Shown here one piece after another: positions 12,102 through 25,701 of a stretch of 64,000 nucleotides of DNA. Origin of the DNA: Macrostomum lignano (Eukaryota); contig NIVC01004005.1 in assembly GCA_002269645.1 (NCBI GenBank), forward strand, positions 1-64,000, given 5' to 3'. Position 1 is the first letter of the stretch; each line of letters opens with the position of its first letter. Below the pieces are notes generated by a model that did no database searches, was not told the origin of the DNA, and worked only from the letters and a program-made list of their open reading frames with translations. A program made the translations under genes and the position numbers.

Positions 12102-15100
12102 AACCTTATTGTCTATTCAACAGGCCTACTTCTTTCCCACTCTGCTTCAAGCAAATTCTCTTTTCCGCCTGCAAGCCGTCGTCTAAATGTGCTGCATTTT
12201 TTGCCGTTCGTTTTCCGCCTCTTCACGTTTGGTCAATCGTTGCGGTCGGGCCGGGCGCACGATTTCTGATGGGTCTGGCGGGAGGCTGTGGGACCCAAGC
12301 TTGTGCAAGTACTACCAGTGTGCGGCTTGGCAGACCACGGCTTCGTTGGAATATTGGAAGAAAATGTCGGAGCAAAAGGTGGGGAGGTTCCCTCATCCTG
12401 GATCTTGCAGACTATGCTGTTAGCCCCTGGGCTTCCATCCGATTTGCACCCGTCTTCCTCCTCCACTCCGAAACCGCACAGTATTTGGAAACGACTGCGT
12501 CAACAACATCCGAGCGGATCTGCAGACTTTCTGGGCCCTCACCAACTTCTATGCAGCTGAAATTGTACGGAGCGGCAAAGCTAAGCAACAGCACAGTTTA
12601 GGTAAGCTGTGCAAAGCTAAAAGTTCAAATCAGAACGCTTTTTGTAGGCCTGCCAATTGGTGTTGCTTATGCTTGGAGCCTCACTAATAGAATTGCTGAT
12701 ATTGGCTGCTGGGGAATTCAGATGGAGTGTGTGTATGAAAATGAACAGATGTCTTTGGTGCAAGGGTATGGAAGCTGGGGTTGACAGATAGTCTCGCATA
12801 GAATTCAGTGTGTAAATGTTGGAAACATGGCCGGGTGCAGTCGGTGTGGCTGCAAGTTGTGGGAAGCTTAAATTGCTTTTGCATTTCGATCAAGAACCGA
12901 AGTTTCTATGAATTTAATCCCGATGCTTACTGCAATGGTTCCGCTCGCCTAGAGCCTATTGTCAGGTATCGTTTCTATTTTCTGCTTAATCCCCAGGTAG
13001 CAGCGCAGGTAGCATCGAGTTCTACTGCCACATCGAAGGCGCATTTACAGCTTAGGGTTTAAAATATAGGAGTTGCTATACCAGGCGAAATGCAGGATTA
13101 TGAAGGATAAAGATGGAGCTTATCATGTGATACGATGCAAGCAGGTGTATTACGAGTAGATGCACCAGATCAGGTGCTAGGTGATTTTTAAATATATTCT
13201 CGTAACACCCCTATTCCCTATTTATTTAGCTGCCTAGCGGCAAAAAGATATGGCATAAATCTCTGAGTTAAAGCAGTTCCTACTGTTGAGGTTATGCTCA
13301 GTTGAACCACTATATAAAGTCATTTTATTTAGCGGGATTTAAGAAAACATAAAACATACGAGGGCTATATAACGATTTCCGAGACATTATTTCCCGAAAA
13401 ATCGTTATGTCCCTGTTTTTATAAGATAAAACTTATTGCCTTTCTCAGTTTGATTTTGAAAGTCAAACGGAATTTTAACGTGTAGAACAATTTTCCACGT
13501 GTTGAGGGTTTAATTAATTGGCGAACAACTTTACCTTAGACAACAAACAAACACAAAATATCTCTGCAACTGTTTAACAGAGTACATTTAGCATGCACTT
13601 CATGTGAAGACTTCCTTCAAAGATTTATCGCCAGTAATGCCCAAATTAATTGTACTGTAATTGATGGTCACACTATAGTCCTTGAAGTTGAAATTAATCG
13701 ATTGGGCTTGGCCCGTTCACTTAACGACACTCTCAAGACTTTTTCCATCCAAAATTGCATTGCATTCTTCGAGTTGGACATCAGACGTTTCGTAGCAATC
13801 GCAGTGCAGCTTTAATCGACTTCGATGTACATTGCAGTCTCGATCCCTGATGAGCTGTCCAAATTCACGTTTGCTGGTACATGTGCATTGTACAAACGGG
13901 TGGCCCATGTGGCACGCAGCAGGCTGTGTAGTCACTCGGTCGAAGGATTCCTTCCTCGATGCACATTTCGTTCATGAATCCACATAGCGTATTTTACCAA
14001 TAGGCCGCGATTGGCCTATAGCTACCGTTGCAATATAGAAACGGCCGGGGGGTCGCTCCTGCTGGACGCTTGAGCTAGTAAACATTCTTCAAGTATAGGC
14101 TCACATGGCATCTAGCCGAGTGGGTAGTAGGACTTAAAGTGGACAACGTCAACCTCATTTGGTTTAATTCTTGTGAGACTGTGGCGAATCCACCTGTGTT
14201 GGTCTTTAACAGTTTCCACGATAAGCCAATTAAGCAAACGTTTTGCTCGTCTATCTCTAGCTATCTCACACAGTTTATCGATTCTCAGAGCGATGTGCAT
14301 CTCTCCTCATTAGGGCAAAACTAAATACATTTAGATAGAAAAGTGAACTTATAAGTAAGTTCTTAGGTGGCTCATTGCCCAGCACACTGTTCCATAATTT
14401 TTTTCGCCGGCGTCGGCATCGGCACATTCTCTCCGCAGACCTCAACTCGGTCCCTCCTCAATTAGCACCGATTTTTATTGCAGCATCAAAAATCTCCCAA
14501 AAGACGAAAATTCTCACCTCGGAAAAATATCACGTGTCAATTGGATCAGATCGTTTGTAGTGATCTGCAGACAATTGCAAGGCCAAGCCTAACCGGCGTG
14601 CAATTTACAACTATATATCGAGGCAGCTCCATAAATGAACTATATGGATTGAACTGGTTGATGGAGACGTCCAACTCATCAAAAGACACGGCGCATGGAG
14701 TCTAGCAGTGTGAAGCCAGCGACGCAGCGAGTAAAAACCGCGACGGCTTGGGTTTCAGGGTTTTCCTTTAATGCTGGCTTCGGTTGACGATATTGTGACA
14801 GTGTGATTCGTAGAAGCGTGTATCGTATTTTTTATTTTTATATGCATACCGTACTACTACTGTATTATTTCATTTATTTTAACAATATTCGTACGTATTA
14901 TTATCGCGCTATTTTTACTGTTAATTGCTTTGTTTTTGTAGCCTCGTATGTATTTATTCTGTTATTTGTATTTCATTCATATCGTTATTATTTCTGGTAA
15001 AGTAGTTCTACCTATGTACTTGTACTGACGTATGTTATTCTTGCATGATATATTTATTGATTAATTTGTACATGTACATTGCGCGCCGCGTGGGGGTTGT

Positions 15101-15675
15101 TTGTCTGGGTTTTGGATCAAGGGTGTTGTTGTTATCTGTTTACCTTTAAATATATGCTTACACTACAGTCAACAGCCGCTCTCGCCCTTCCCCTTGCTTC
15201 GCTTCTCGACCTAGGCTCGCTATCCCTTAGCTGTGACGCTGTCTGGCCTCCTTACGTTACACCAACTCTTCCGCCGTCTACCTTGGCACACCAATTAGTT
15301 AATTAACTAATCCAGCAATTTTAAGTAGCACTAGCAAAAGTCTAAGGGTTGAAGCGGCTTGCCGATCTGCTAACTAATCGTGAACTATCTAAATTAACCG
15401 CTTCACAAATCCGTCTTATTCGCTTTATTCGTCACAGTAAATCCGGAGTGTAAATCCGGTTTAGGAAAGGATGCTGATTATAACATCGGATCAAAATATT
15501 ACAGTGTAACTGAAGCAAAAATCGGCATAGAATAAAAATCAAATATTTAAAACGGATAAATAATATGGCATAGTATTGAGCAAAAAATAACTTTTAAAGT
15601 AGTGATTCGTATAAAACGGCACCTTCAGCTTCAGCTTAATTTAGTTATAGCTCGATAGATAATTAACAAGAACAT

Positions 15676-15790
15676 TCTTATTATTAAGAATGATAATAAT
15701 AATAACACTCTTATTATTAAAAATGATAATAATAATAACACTCTTATTATTAAGAATGATAATAATAATAACACTCTTATTATTATTAAG
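15676..15790. repeat. 33-bp AT-rich tandem repeat, about 3.5 copies
   Basis: CTTATTATTAAGAATGATAATAATAATAACACT repeated. Confidence 0.85.
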
Positions 15791-17827
15791 TGTGTCTTAA
15801 CTTGTTCACAGCTAACTTAGCTTGTTCAGCATAATAATTTTTGTCATCGACTACTGTCATTCTATTCAAACGAACTTTAGTCTAGACTTAGAGATTTAGT
15901 ATATTTAGATTTAGTCCTACTCACATAGTCCTACTGACTGAAGTTCTAGTGTAGGTGTAGGTGTAGCCTAAGAGTAGGACCATAAGTAGTTAGTAGTAGG
16001 CCTAGTAGTAGTAGGCCTGCCGGCACCACCCAGCTTAGGCTTAGGCCTACTTTCTTAATTTTCTCTACCAATCAATGATAGTCGATCGATCGGCTAAGTC
16101 AAAGATAGGATAGCTGGTGATTTTCAACTTTCCCACTCTAAATTATTTTACGCATTTTTTCAGCTGATCATGGCTGGCCGACCGCAGGCACCATGTCTTG
16201 CCTGGAATGAGAGTCATCACAGATCAGTGGGCTAGCTATCATACTGTATTGCCTGGCAACCATGCTACCATGAACCACATGTTACACTTCCGCTAGGCCC
16301 CCAAATGACCCATCCATCCATACCAACCAGGTCAAGGGAATGTGGGGTAATTACAAGGCCAAATTCTGTACCATGCATGGTATGTCTGATCAGCTGCTTA
16401 ACACACCTGCAGGAATTCATATGGTGCCGCCACCCACCAAGTAGTTTGGCAACATCCTGTACTAGATTGCCTCGGCCTATTACTAGTTGCCGTGACTTAG
16501 TAAGCATTTATTTTTGTTTTCTTACTTGTCTTATTGCCCCAAACTCAAATACATTATAAAATAATTTAGAGCGGGAAAGTAAAAAAAATACTAGATAGCT
16601 ATATATAATAATTGATAAGATTGTTGTAAGGATTGGGTGACTTCTAAAGAATTGTCTATATCTATAAATTATAATAATAAATTATATCTAATAGGCCTAT
16701 ATTTATAAATTTTAAAATATGTAACATATAATAGCCTATTTGTTGTGTAGGCCTAGTAAAATTCTACATTGATATATTCAAGTCACACATTTAAGTTGGT
16801 AGCCATCTAAGAGGAGATATATTAAACCTGACTTGCCCAATAGGTCCACTCAGACTCGGCTTTAGATATAAGATAGGCCTAGTTAGGCTATCCTAGATTC
16901 CTAGGCCCTATGGCTATAGAATTGTTCATTAAATTATTTTTTTGCTTTACTTAGATTTTTCTATTTTAGAATCCAAAAAGCAAACAAGTGAACAAATTAA
17001 TAGTTTAATATGTATTAGTAGCAAAATGGTTTGTTATAGTCAATTGCCATATCACAATTCAAAAGTACTACTTTAACATTAAATTGGCTCCTAACTCCTA
17101 ATAGCCTACTAATATTATAGTATAATGTGACTAGGTAAACCTAATTTTGTGTAGGACACATCTCTTTAAAATCTGAATTTTTATATTTATATATTAGGAA
17201 CTCTTAAAATAGTATTAGTTTTGCATGTACAAAACATGAAAATATGTCAAAAGGCAAAGGCTAGGCCTATGATAATGTCAGGGGATCTTTAAAGGAAAAT
17301 GCATTTGAAATTGAGAAATTAGCTAAGTAGTTAGCTAGGTTTTAGATACTATTCCATTCTGATTAATGGCTATAAAATTCTGTAATAATAGGTATAGTGT
17401 AGTAGACTATAAATAAGTAGTTATATTTATAAGATTATCCTAAAAAATTAAACAAGTTTTGCATTAGAAAAAATGTGACATTTTTTTATTATTAGAAATA
17501 AAGCAACTAAATAAAATAAAACTTCATAATGTTTTATTGTATATCAGCAATATATCTACTTAATAAGGGCACTTGCTATCACCACAACTCCCAAATGGTG
17601 TTAAAATATAGCATAAACCTTAGCAAGCTTTTTTAGTCTATGGTGATAATAATAGTAAAAAACCTTTATATAATACCACTCCAAACCATTGTGATAGGAA
17701 ATTTTGTAGATACCACATTAAGCACCTTAGAAAGATTATTATATTGCTTTTTAGTCAGTAAAAAAGCTCTTTATTAAAGCCAAAGAAGGTGATGACCTCA
17801 TTGACTATTTATTTTCTTAGTATGAAC

Positions 17828-18015
17828 AGGGGTGTAGGGAGGGGGAGATAGGGAGGATGTATTCCCCCCCCAAAAAGCCTGACCAAAACTTTTTTGTTGC
17901 TTTTTGTTGCTATACATACTACCACATGACTCTGTCATAGCATTGGTATACCCCCCCCCCCGTAGAAAATTCACCTTGGTGTATCCCCCCATAGGAAATT
18001 CCTGGCTACACCCCT
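17828..18015. mobile_element. Non-autonomous DNA element remnant with AGGGGTGTAG termini
   Basis: AGGGGTGTAG (17828) and CCTGGCTACACCCCT (ending 18015) form inverted termini, with C/G-run subterminal tracts. No clear TSD. Confidence 0.5.
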
Positions 18016-19904
18016 AAGCATGAATGGCCTCAATAATTGCATGGTGTTTTGCAAGCTCCTTAGACTTGGGCATATTGCTAATGAATAATGTGACAAATTT
18101 AATTTGGCGCAGCGTAACAGTCCTTGGCAGAATGAGACCAAACAAAGAACAGAAAAATGCAAGTAGTAGCGCAGTCCAATAAGCAATTAAACTGATATAT
18201 TTTTTCTTGCTTAGTTGGTTAAGTTTATTATATTTTTTGAGTAGCGACAAAAAACAATCAGTTAATATAATAGATCAAAATGATAGATGATACACTGAAT
18301 TGTGATTGGCTGATAGTTACAATGGGTGCTGAGCAAAATTATTGATTTGTTAAAAATTCATCACTTGCAACATATAAAAGCCAATGCAATGAATGTACAT
18401 ATAATTCATACAAAATATGATACACTTACATAGTAGTCTACTGATAGTAAAAATAATAGTAAATATGTGGACATTTTCAACTAAGTCCACCTTCACAAAT
18501 AATTTGAAAAAAAAAATTATTGCTACCATTAGTATATTAGCTGTCAATATACTAATTTTCTTTCAAATTGATAAAGGCATTAATGAGATAATAAGGTTTT
18601 AAAATTGTCTAAATTAACCTCATGACCCTGTATAGTAGCTATAAATACAAGATGCCCATAGAAAACAATGGCTCTTATGGCTATGGCTATAGAAATATAA
18701 TAGTTTAAGGCTTTTCCCATAGATTGAAAAGTCAGTTTTAAATTTTTAATTATTAGAAGAAAAATGTAAGAATAAGATAAAATAGAATTACTTTAAAAAC
18801 AGTAGCATAGATCTTTTAGATAATAAAATAACTAGTTATTATTAATAATAAATGGATATACTTAGTTTATTTTATGAATGAATTGTTTTTTCTATAAATA
18901 CATATATATTAATACCAGTATAGCTTAGGTAGCCTATATTATAGAAAATATAATAAAACTAGTGCCTATAACTACAAAGATATATACCTAATTGCTAAGG
19001 TTTTACAGCTAAGGCTATATCTATGATATAAGTGCCTTTATTAAAATTGAACACTAAGTATTAGGCATATATAATCAGCCCTAAGCCATTTTTGTCCCTA
19101 ATATAGTCAAAAGATGTTTTTTGCCTATTGTATACATTTGATTTATTTTTTAGCACATTCAAAGAACTCTAGTGCAATCTGACACCTAGCCACAATAGGA
19201 GGTTTTCAAAATTAGCCTTCAATTAATGTAGATATAGTCAGCTTATATTGGTTTTCAGTGCTAGCTCTAGTTAGTCAGTCTAAAATAGTTTAATATATGT
19301 TAATTGTGAATTTTTGTATTATATAGTTAATTGCTAATTTTTTTGGGTCCCAATACTACAAATAATGTTGCCACCTTATTAAATATAATATATGGTAATA
19401 CTAAAACTTTATGAAGTGATAAAAATAAAAAAAATTTAACTTAGGCATGATGTCTTTCTGGAATATTTTGTATTATTGTAGCAATTACTGGCTTTACTAT
19501 GTTTTAATAATATATAATATTATATAAATGTACTACTAAGTGAAGATATGGAGTTTTTCTGCATTAAAAATGCACTAATATTTACCTAAATTATAATCCA
19601 TGCACTTTCTAAATAGTGTCTGGACTGGAAGGCTTTCATGGCCTTCAATATTTAGTAGTCCATGGCCCATGAGTAATAATTGATGCAACATATGCTCGAA
19701 TTTAGCTTGCCTGTCAAAGGTAATTTATTTCTTTAGGCAGCACCACACATTGAAGGTAATTTTAGCAATAGATTTTCAATGCTAGCTATTTGCCGACATT
19801 GCTGCCCAAGTCATCGAATCTAAATCCAATCTCGATCGCAAGAAGCCTTTGGCGCGTCTTTTTAATTACTCGGCAAGTTCGTCCCTTAAATCCTTTGTTA
19901 GCAC

Positions 19905-22430
19905 ATGAGAAAAGCCGCCAGAGTCATGGCCGTCAAAGCTTCAGCCGCCTCCGACAGCAGTGGCAGGCGTTTCTTAGCTCGCCTGCATGGCGCCTTTCAT
20001 CCTCGGAGCGCCGGCGGCGCCTCCACCTCGGCTGCAGACTCTTCTGGCGGCGCCAATTCGGCGCCAATCGCAGCCTTAGCAATTGGCGGCGCGAGTCGCA
20101 CAGCCGCGTCAATAACTGTGGATAGGAAATCAATAGACAAGTGCACCACCTACATGACTAAAGTGATGAAACTGTGCAGGCAGCCGCAGCTTAACTTAAA
20201 GAATTCGCCGCCCTACTTGCCGGACACAATACCGGACACTGCCGAGTACATTAACAGCATTGTGTCTAAGTACAATGAGAACTATCAAAACCTGTCAGAG
20301 AATGATTATTTTCCATTGTTTATTCACACGCTAATTTCTCGATGCAAGCAGACTGTTCGACTGTTTAAAGAGGCCAAAGAGCGAATGTTTGACGAGACCT
20401 CGGAGTATAGGCAACAATTGACGAAACTGTCGCTGACGTTCTCGCATATGCTCAAAGATCTGCAGGCATTGTTCCCCAATAAAGTATACGATTTGTCAGA
20501 CTTCCGGGTCACTAAGGTGAGTTTCGAGCTTGTGAAGTTTCGAGCTTGTGAAGTTTCCAGCTTGTGAAGCTTTGAGCTTGTGAAGCTTTGAGCTTGTGAA
20601 GTCTCGAGCTTGTGAAGTTTCGAGCTTGTGAAGCTTTGAGCTTGTGAAGTTTCGAGCTTGTGAAGCTTTGAGCTTGTGAAGTTTCGAGCTTGTGAAGTTT
20701 CGAGCTTGTGAAATTTCGAGCTTGTGAAGCTTTGAGCTTGTAAAATCTGGAGCTTGTGAAATTTCGAGCTTGTGAAGTTTCGAGCTTGTGAAGTCTCGAT
20801 CTTGTGAAGTTTCGAGCTTATGAAGTCTCGATCTTGTGAAGTTTCGAGCTTGTGAAGTTTCGAGCTTTTTAAATTCCCGAGTTTGTAAATTTTGAGCTCG
20901 AAGTTTGGAGCTTGTAAAGCTTCGAGCTTTTGAAATTTGATCTTTTGTAATTTCGAGCTTTTGAAAGGCCCATTAAGTCGCATGCTACCAGACTCGAACA
21001 CCCCATCTCCCGCCACTCAGGTTGACGCTGACGAGTTCTGGCGGCACTATTTCCCAGGCCGCGGCATCGTGTCTTGGCCGGAGTTCAGCGCCGCCTTCTC
21101 AGACGTGCACCCGATTCACGATCGGATGGAATTAGTAGCATTGAAATCGACAATCGATCTGACCTGCAACGATCACGTGTCCGTATTCGAATTCGACGTG
21201 TTCGTCAGGCTATTCCAGCCGTGGCGCAACATACTGCAGAACTGGAAGCGCCTGGCCGTCACCCATCCCGGCTACATGGCGTTTCTCACCTACGACGAGG
21301 TTCGCACCCGCCTGATGAAGCACATTGGCCGGCCCGGGGCCTATATCTATAGGCAGAGCTGCACCAAGCTGGGCCAATGGGCCATTGGCTACGTCACTGA
21401 CGATGGCCAGATACTGCAGACTATTATACAGAACAAATCTCTCGCCCGGGCACTAATTGACGGAGCCAGGGATATGTTCTACCTGTATCCGGATGGCAAC
21501 GGAGTCAATCCCGATCTATCTAGCCTAGTGCAGGACCTGCCGCCGGTTGTTATCCAGGTCACCCAGCAACAGTATGAGATGTACTGCAGCACGCAGAATA
21601 TCACTTATCAGTCATTTCAATTGTGCAAGATCTGCATGGAGCGGGACAAGGAGGTGCGCATAGAGCCGTGCGGCCACTACATGTGCGCCCAGTGCATCGC
21701 CAGTATCCAAGCCAGTCAGGACGAAGCGCTCTGTCCGTTCTGTCGGCGCGAGATCAAAGGCACCGAGTCTGTCATCTTGAAGCCGTTCATGCCGCCAACT
21801 GAGCCTATGGTGCCCGCCGCTTCTCAGCCGCAGCCTCCGCCTCCGCCGCCTCCTCCAGTTCAAGCACCTTCGCCGCCGCCGCGGCCGCCTCGGACTGGCA
21901 ACTCACCAGCCTCGGCGCGCCGCTGCCCGACTGTAACAGCCGCCGGCGCGGCTTCCGGCGCTGCTGTAGCGGCCGCCACAACCGTAGGCGCCTCCGCCGC
22001 CGTCTCAACAGCGCGTGAGAACGGCGCCTCAGACTATAATAACGCAGACAGCGACAGCGAGGACGAGCGGCGCTCCGCCAGCGGTGTCGGCGACGGCGGT
22101 GGCGATGCCAACGGCAGCTTCACTTACGCGACGCTGCATTTCGATCCTTCGTCGTCGGCGTCGCAATCTGTTAGCAGCTCCAGGGCGGCTTCGCCGCTGC
22201 CGGCCCGTCTAGCGGCTGGAACGGCAGAAGCGGTTGGAGAGGCCGACGCGGCCGCCGGTGCCGACCAGGAGCAGTCGGTGCAGGCGCTGCTAGCTCTGGG
22301 CTACACCGAAGCAGAAGCTCGGCAGGCTCTGTCAGCCAGTCTGGGCAGTCTGCAGATTGCGCGCAACATCTTAGCCGCATTCACTTTGCGCCAAGAGTCC
22401 TACGTTAACGTTTATGGCAGGTCGACTTGA
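19905..22430 (+). CDS. CBL: Cbl-family E3 ubiquitin ligase (exons 19905/19926-20516 and 21021-22430; about 670 aa)
   Basis: TKB domain ([17 protein letters not shown]; [25 protein letters not shown]; [13 protein letters not shown]; [14 protein letters not shown]), linker [26 protein letters not shown], Pro-rich region and C-terminal UBA-like helices. Phase-0 intron AAG|GTGAGT ... CACTCAG|GTTGAC restores RVTK-VDADEFW. Confidence 0.97.
20517..20960. repeat. 15/16-bp minisatellite filling the Cbl intron from the 5' splice site
   Basis: GTGAAGTTTCGAGCTT and variants, more than 20 copies, starting at the donor. Confidence 0.95.
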
Positions 22431-22611
22431 TAAATGGCTTTTCTTGGCTGATGGATAGTTAATGCTGTAATCATTAAGTAATTAATCTGTCATAAACAAC
22501 TGAAGCGCAAGGACACTATTCGCAAATTGTGTGAATTTCACTGATAGCCCGGTATCTGTTGTTTTTTACACTACTAAATTGACAATATCTCGCATTCCGA
22601 AATTCTAAATC

Positions 22612-22850
22612 GCGAATGGAGCCAAATGAGTTATAGCCTTGAGGATCGGGGGTTCGAATCTTGGAACAGTAAGACCCACTCGGAACAATTATTGTGTCCT
22701 TGAGCACTGCATTGCTTCAGTTCACCCAACTGTAAAATGGGTGCCAGCATTAGCTGGGGTAATTGAGGGTGAAGCTTTGAGGCGACCCCCCCCCCAGTCC
22801 TTGGACTAAACAGCCGTACGCAGCATTCAGATGGGTTGCACATCTGCCCT
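22612..22850 (+). mobile_element. tRNA-derived SINE-like element
   Basis: B-box-like GGTTCGAATC at 22651, then GTCCTTGAGCACTGCATTGCTTCAGTTCACCCAACTGTAAAATGGG, which resembles CORE/Nin/Deu-type SINE central domains. Family assignment is by recall, not search. Confidence 0.5.
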
Positions 22851-24227
22851 TAGGGCTATTTAATGAGTGGAAATGAGGGTTGTTTATTTTAGGACTACTA
22901 CTAAAGGCCCCAACAAATTTCTGTGGTTCACCTATTTCCAGTCCAGAATGTGAGATATTGGGAATTTAGTAGTCCATGTAGCAGTTGTTCGCGTTATCTA
23001 TTACTATATATAATCAAAATTGAGTTCAACTTTGATACATTTATACCTGAAGGAGGCCCATTGTTTGACTGTTGGCTGAGCTGCCTCTGGTGCGGCGGTT
23101 TGTGGAAGAAACGCGTTATTGATCAATACATTTATTCATTTATGCTTAATAAATTCGATATTTTTCTAACCTGTACGATTTCCTCATGCTTGGCGCTCTG
23201 CTAATTAATTTTGTTATACCGAATCGTAATAGTCGCGAACAAAATCTAATTAGTAAAATGGCTTTTATGCTCTCAGCTTTCTTTGTTTAGTTTTAGATAG
23301 TTTGTTTATCTATTGACAAAAATTGAGCTCAAACCTTTCGAAGCCCAGTTCTTGGCTATTCGCTGTCCCGTTTTTTTTAACCCCTATCGCCTTGCCTTGT
23401 ACAAATTATTTAATTTAGGTTGAAGTTTCGACTTTTGCTACTTTAAGTAGCCACTATAGTTTGTTTTTGTTGTATTTTTGTAAATGAAAAAATGAGTAGA
23501 CTGAAAATATACTTTACTTGGCTTCTGTTCTAGCTGCGTGTATTCTCAATATTTCCCTTTCTAGTTAAATAAACATACAGGTTTAGTTGTTGCTCTATTA
23601 TTCTTTTCTGTGTTTTTCTCGCGACCGCGCCTGTCCGCTTAGGATATTTTCTAAAGCACCTTCCCCTCCAAAGAGAAAATGCTGTGTTCCCCCTTTTGAC
23701 GTTTATATGTTTCTCTGCACTAATAATTAGATATTTAATACTAATATATATATTAATCTAGTTGTGGCCGGCTTTCGCGCACTTTGATTCGTTTCAAATC
23801 GAAATTTCGTTTACATTATTATTGCTCTCGTATTTACGCAAGTGGAAAAGTATTTTCTAATCTCTTTGTTTCTTCCTTTTTTATATAATAAAATACGCTT
23901 GTTAATTGTTTTCTCATTCGCTTTGTTTGTGTGTACATTAATGTTTTCTTGTTTTGTTATCGAAAGAACGGTTAAAGTCAAAAAGAGTTAAACCACTGTT
24001 TGGTTAGTTATTGTAAGACTTATGGAAAACGATTGAGCACGAATAAATGCGCAACTCAGCCCATTTCATACACAATATGCGTGGATTTGTCAATATTTGT
24101 TTTGCTTGGCGTTATAAAAACTTGCCGCAAATGTGAGCTTGTGCTTCTTTCTTTTCCAAAAATTGAGGCTGGGTTGGTGTCATTATCACCGGCAGCCAAA
24201 AACAGCCCGGGTGTCGATATCACAGCC

Positions 24228-24750
24228 AGCCAATCAGGGCTGAGGGATTAAGGTGGATATCACGGCCAGCCAATCAGGGCTGAGGGATTGAGGTGGATAT
24301 CACAGCCAGCCAATCAGGGTTGAGGGAGGGATGGGTTTATATCCCAGCCAGCCAATCAGTGCTGAGGGAGGGGATGGATCGATATCACAGCCAGCCAATA
24401 GGGGCTAAGGGAGGGGATGGATCGATATCACAGTCAGCCAATAAGGGCTGAGTGAGGGGATGAATCGATATCACAGCCAGCCAATAAGGGCTGAGGGAGG
24501 GGGATGGATCGATATCACAGCCAGCCAATAAGGGCTGAGGGAGGGGGATGGATCGATATCACAGCCAGCCAATAAGGGCTGAGTGAGGGGATGGATCGAT
24601 ATAACAGCCAGTCAATCAGTGCTGCGCTGAGTGAGGGGATGGATCGATATCACAGCCAGCCAATAAGGGATGAGGGAGGGGATGGATCGATATCACAGCC
24701 AGCCAATAAGGGCTGAGGGAGGGGATTGATCGATATCACAGCCAGCCAAT
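24228..24750. repeat. About 41-43-bp minisatellite, about 13 copies, each with a CCAAT box
   Basis: GATATCACAGCCAGCCAATAAGGGCTGAGGGAGGGGGATGGATC repeated. Confidence 0.95.
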
Positions 24751-25372
24751 AATTTTGAAATTAAAGGAACTAGTGACTCAAATCATTAATAGCAGTTGTT
24801 TGTCAAAAAATTGCAAATTAGTTTTCTGCACGAAAATAGAATTAATTGTGTGAACAAGTATAATTTGCAGCAGAATGTTCTAATGATGCAATCGGTTGTG
24901 GCGCTAATTTAAACGCATAATTTAAAAGTGGGAACATTAAACTTACAAGTTTTGTATAAAAAAGTTACAGATTCTTGCTTCTAGGAGGATTATTACTATC
25001 TGTGTTGACATAGGCGGTAGCGAGAACGATAGCTGTAGCTAATTAAGGGGCCACCGATATACTCGAGGATGTGAGCAAATACGAGTAATTGCTAATTAGC
25101 CTTGATGAAGAATCTGCCCTCACCTGATACTACAGTGTTTAATCTAATTAGCTGCTATCTACATGTACCAATCTATAATAGGGCTTAGGGATATAATTAG
25201 TATATAGAGAATTATTTAGATTGTATCATAGATACCCCAGTGCCCGACAGGCACTAAGATGAGAACCAACTGCATTTATGCATATCAAAATATTGTGTAT
25301 ACGCTCTTACATAGTGCAAATTATAGCAAAAATATGATTAAGTTTTTATTGCCACGCATGCAGCTCATCAGA

Positions 25373-25701
25373 AATCAGACAGTTATGATCACTATCAGAC
25401 AGTATGACCAATATCAGACAGTTATGACCTATATCAGACAGTTATGACCAATATCAGACAGTTATGACCTATATCAGACAGTTATGACCTATATCAGACA
25501 GTTATGACCTATATCAGACAGTTATGACCTATATCAGACAGTTATGACCTATATCAGACAGTTATGACCTATATCAGACAGTTATGACCTATATCAGACA
25601 GTTATGACCTATATCAGACAGTTATGACCTATATCAGACAGTTATGACCTATATCAGACAGTTATGACCTATATCAGACAGTTATGACCTATATCAGACA
25701 G
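25373..25701. repeat. 20-bp minisatellite, about 16 copies
   Basis: ATCAGACAGTTATGACCTAT, near-perfect copies. Confidence 0.95.

Noticed and set aside
13358-13415. TA-CGAGGG start resembling a mariner TIR
   Set aside because: Only a short local hairpin; no matching distal TIR or transposase ORF found.
13560-14330. Short ORFs with Cys/His-rich look
   Set aside because: Interrupted by stops and no recognisable domain in the frames I read; possibly a decayed element but unsupported.
14794-15261. TG...CA-bounded segment resembling a solo LTR
   Set aside because: No target-site duplication (GATAT versus CCAAC) and no partner LTR.
16000-19700. AT-rich tract with recurrent TAGGCCTA palindromes
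   Set aside because: Irregular spacing and low complexity; no periodicity or element boundaries.
20324-21016. 230-aa - strand ORF
   Set aside because: Antisense translation of the Cbl intronic minisatellite.
24228-25701. Regular repeats as a possible CRISPR array
   Set aside because: Units are directly adjacent with no unique spacers, and the context is eukaryotic with no cas genes.
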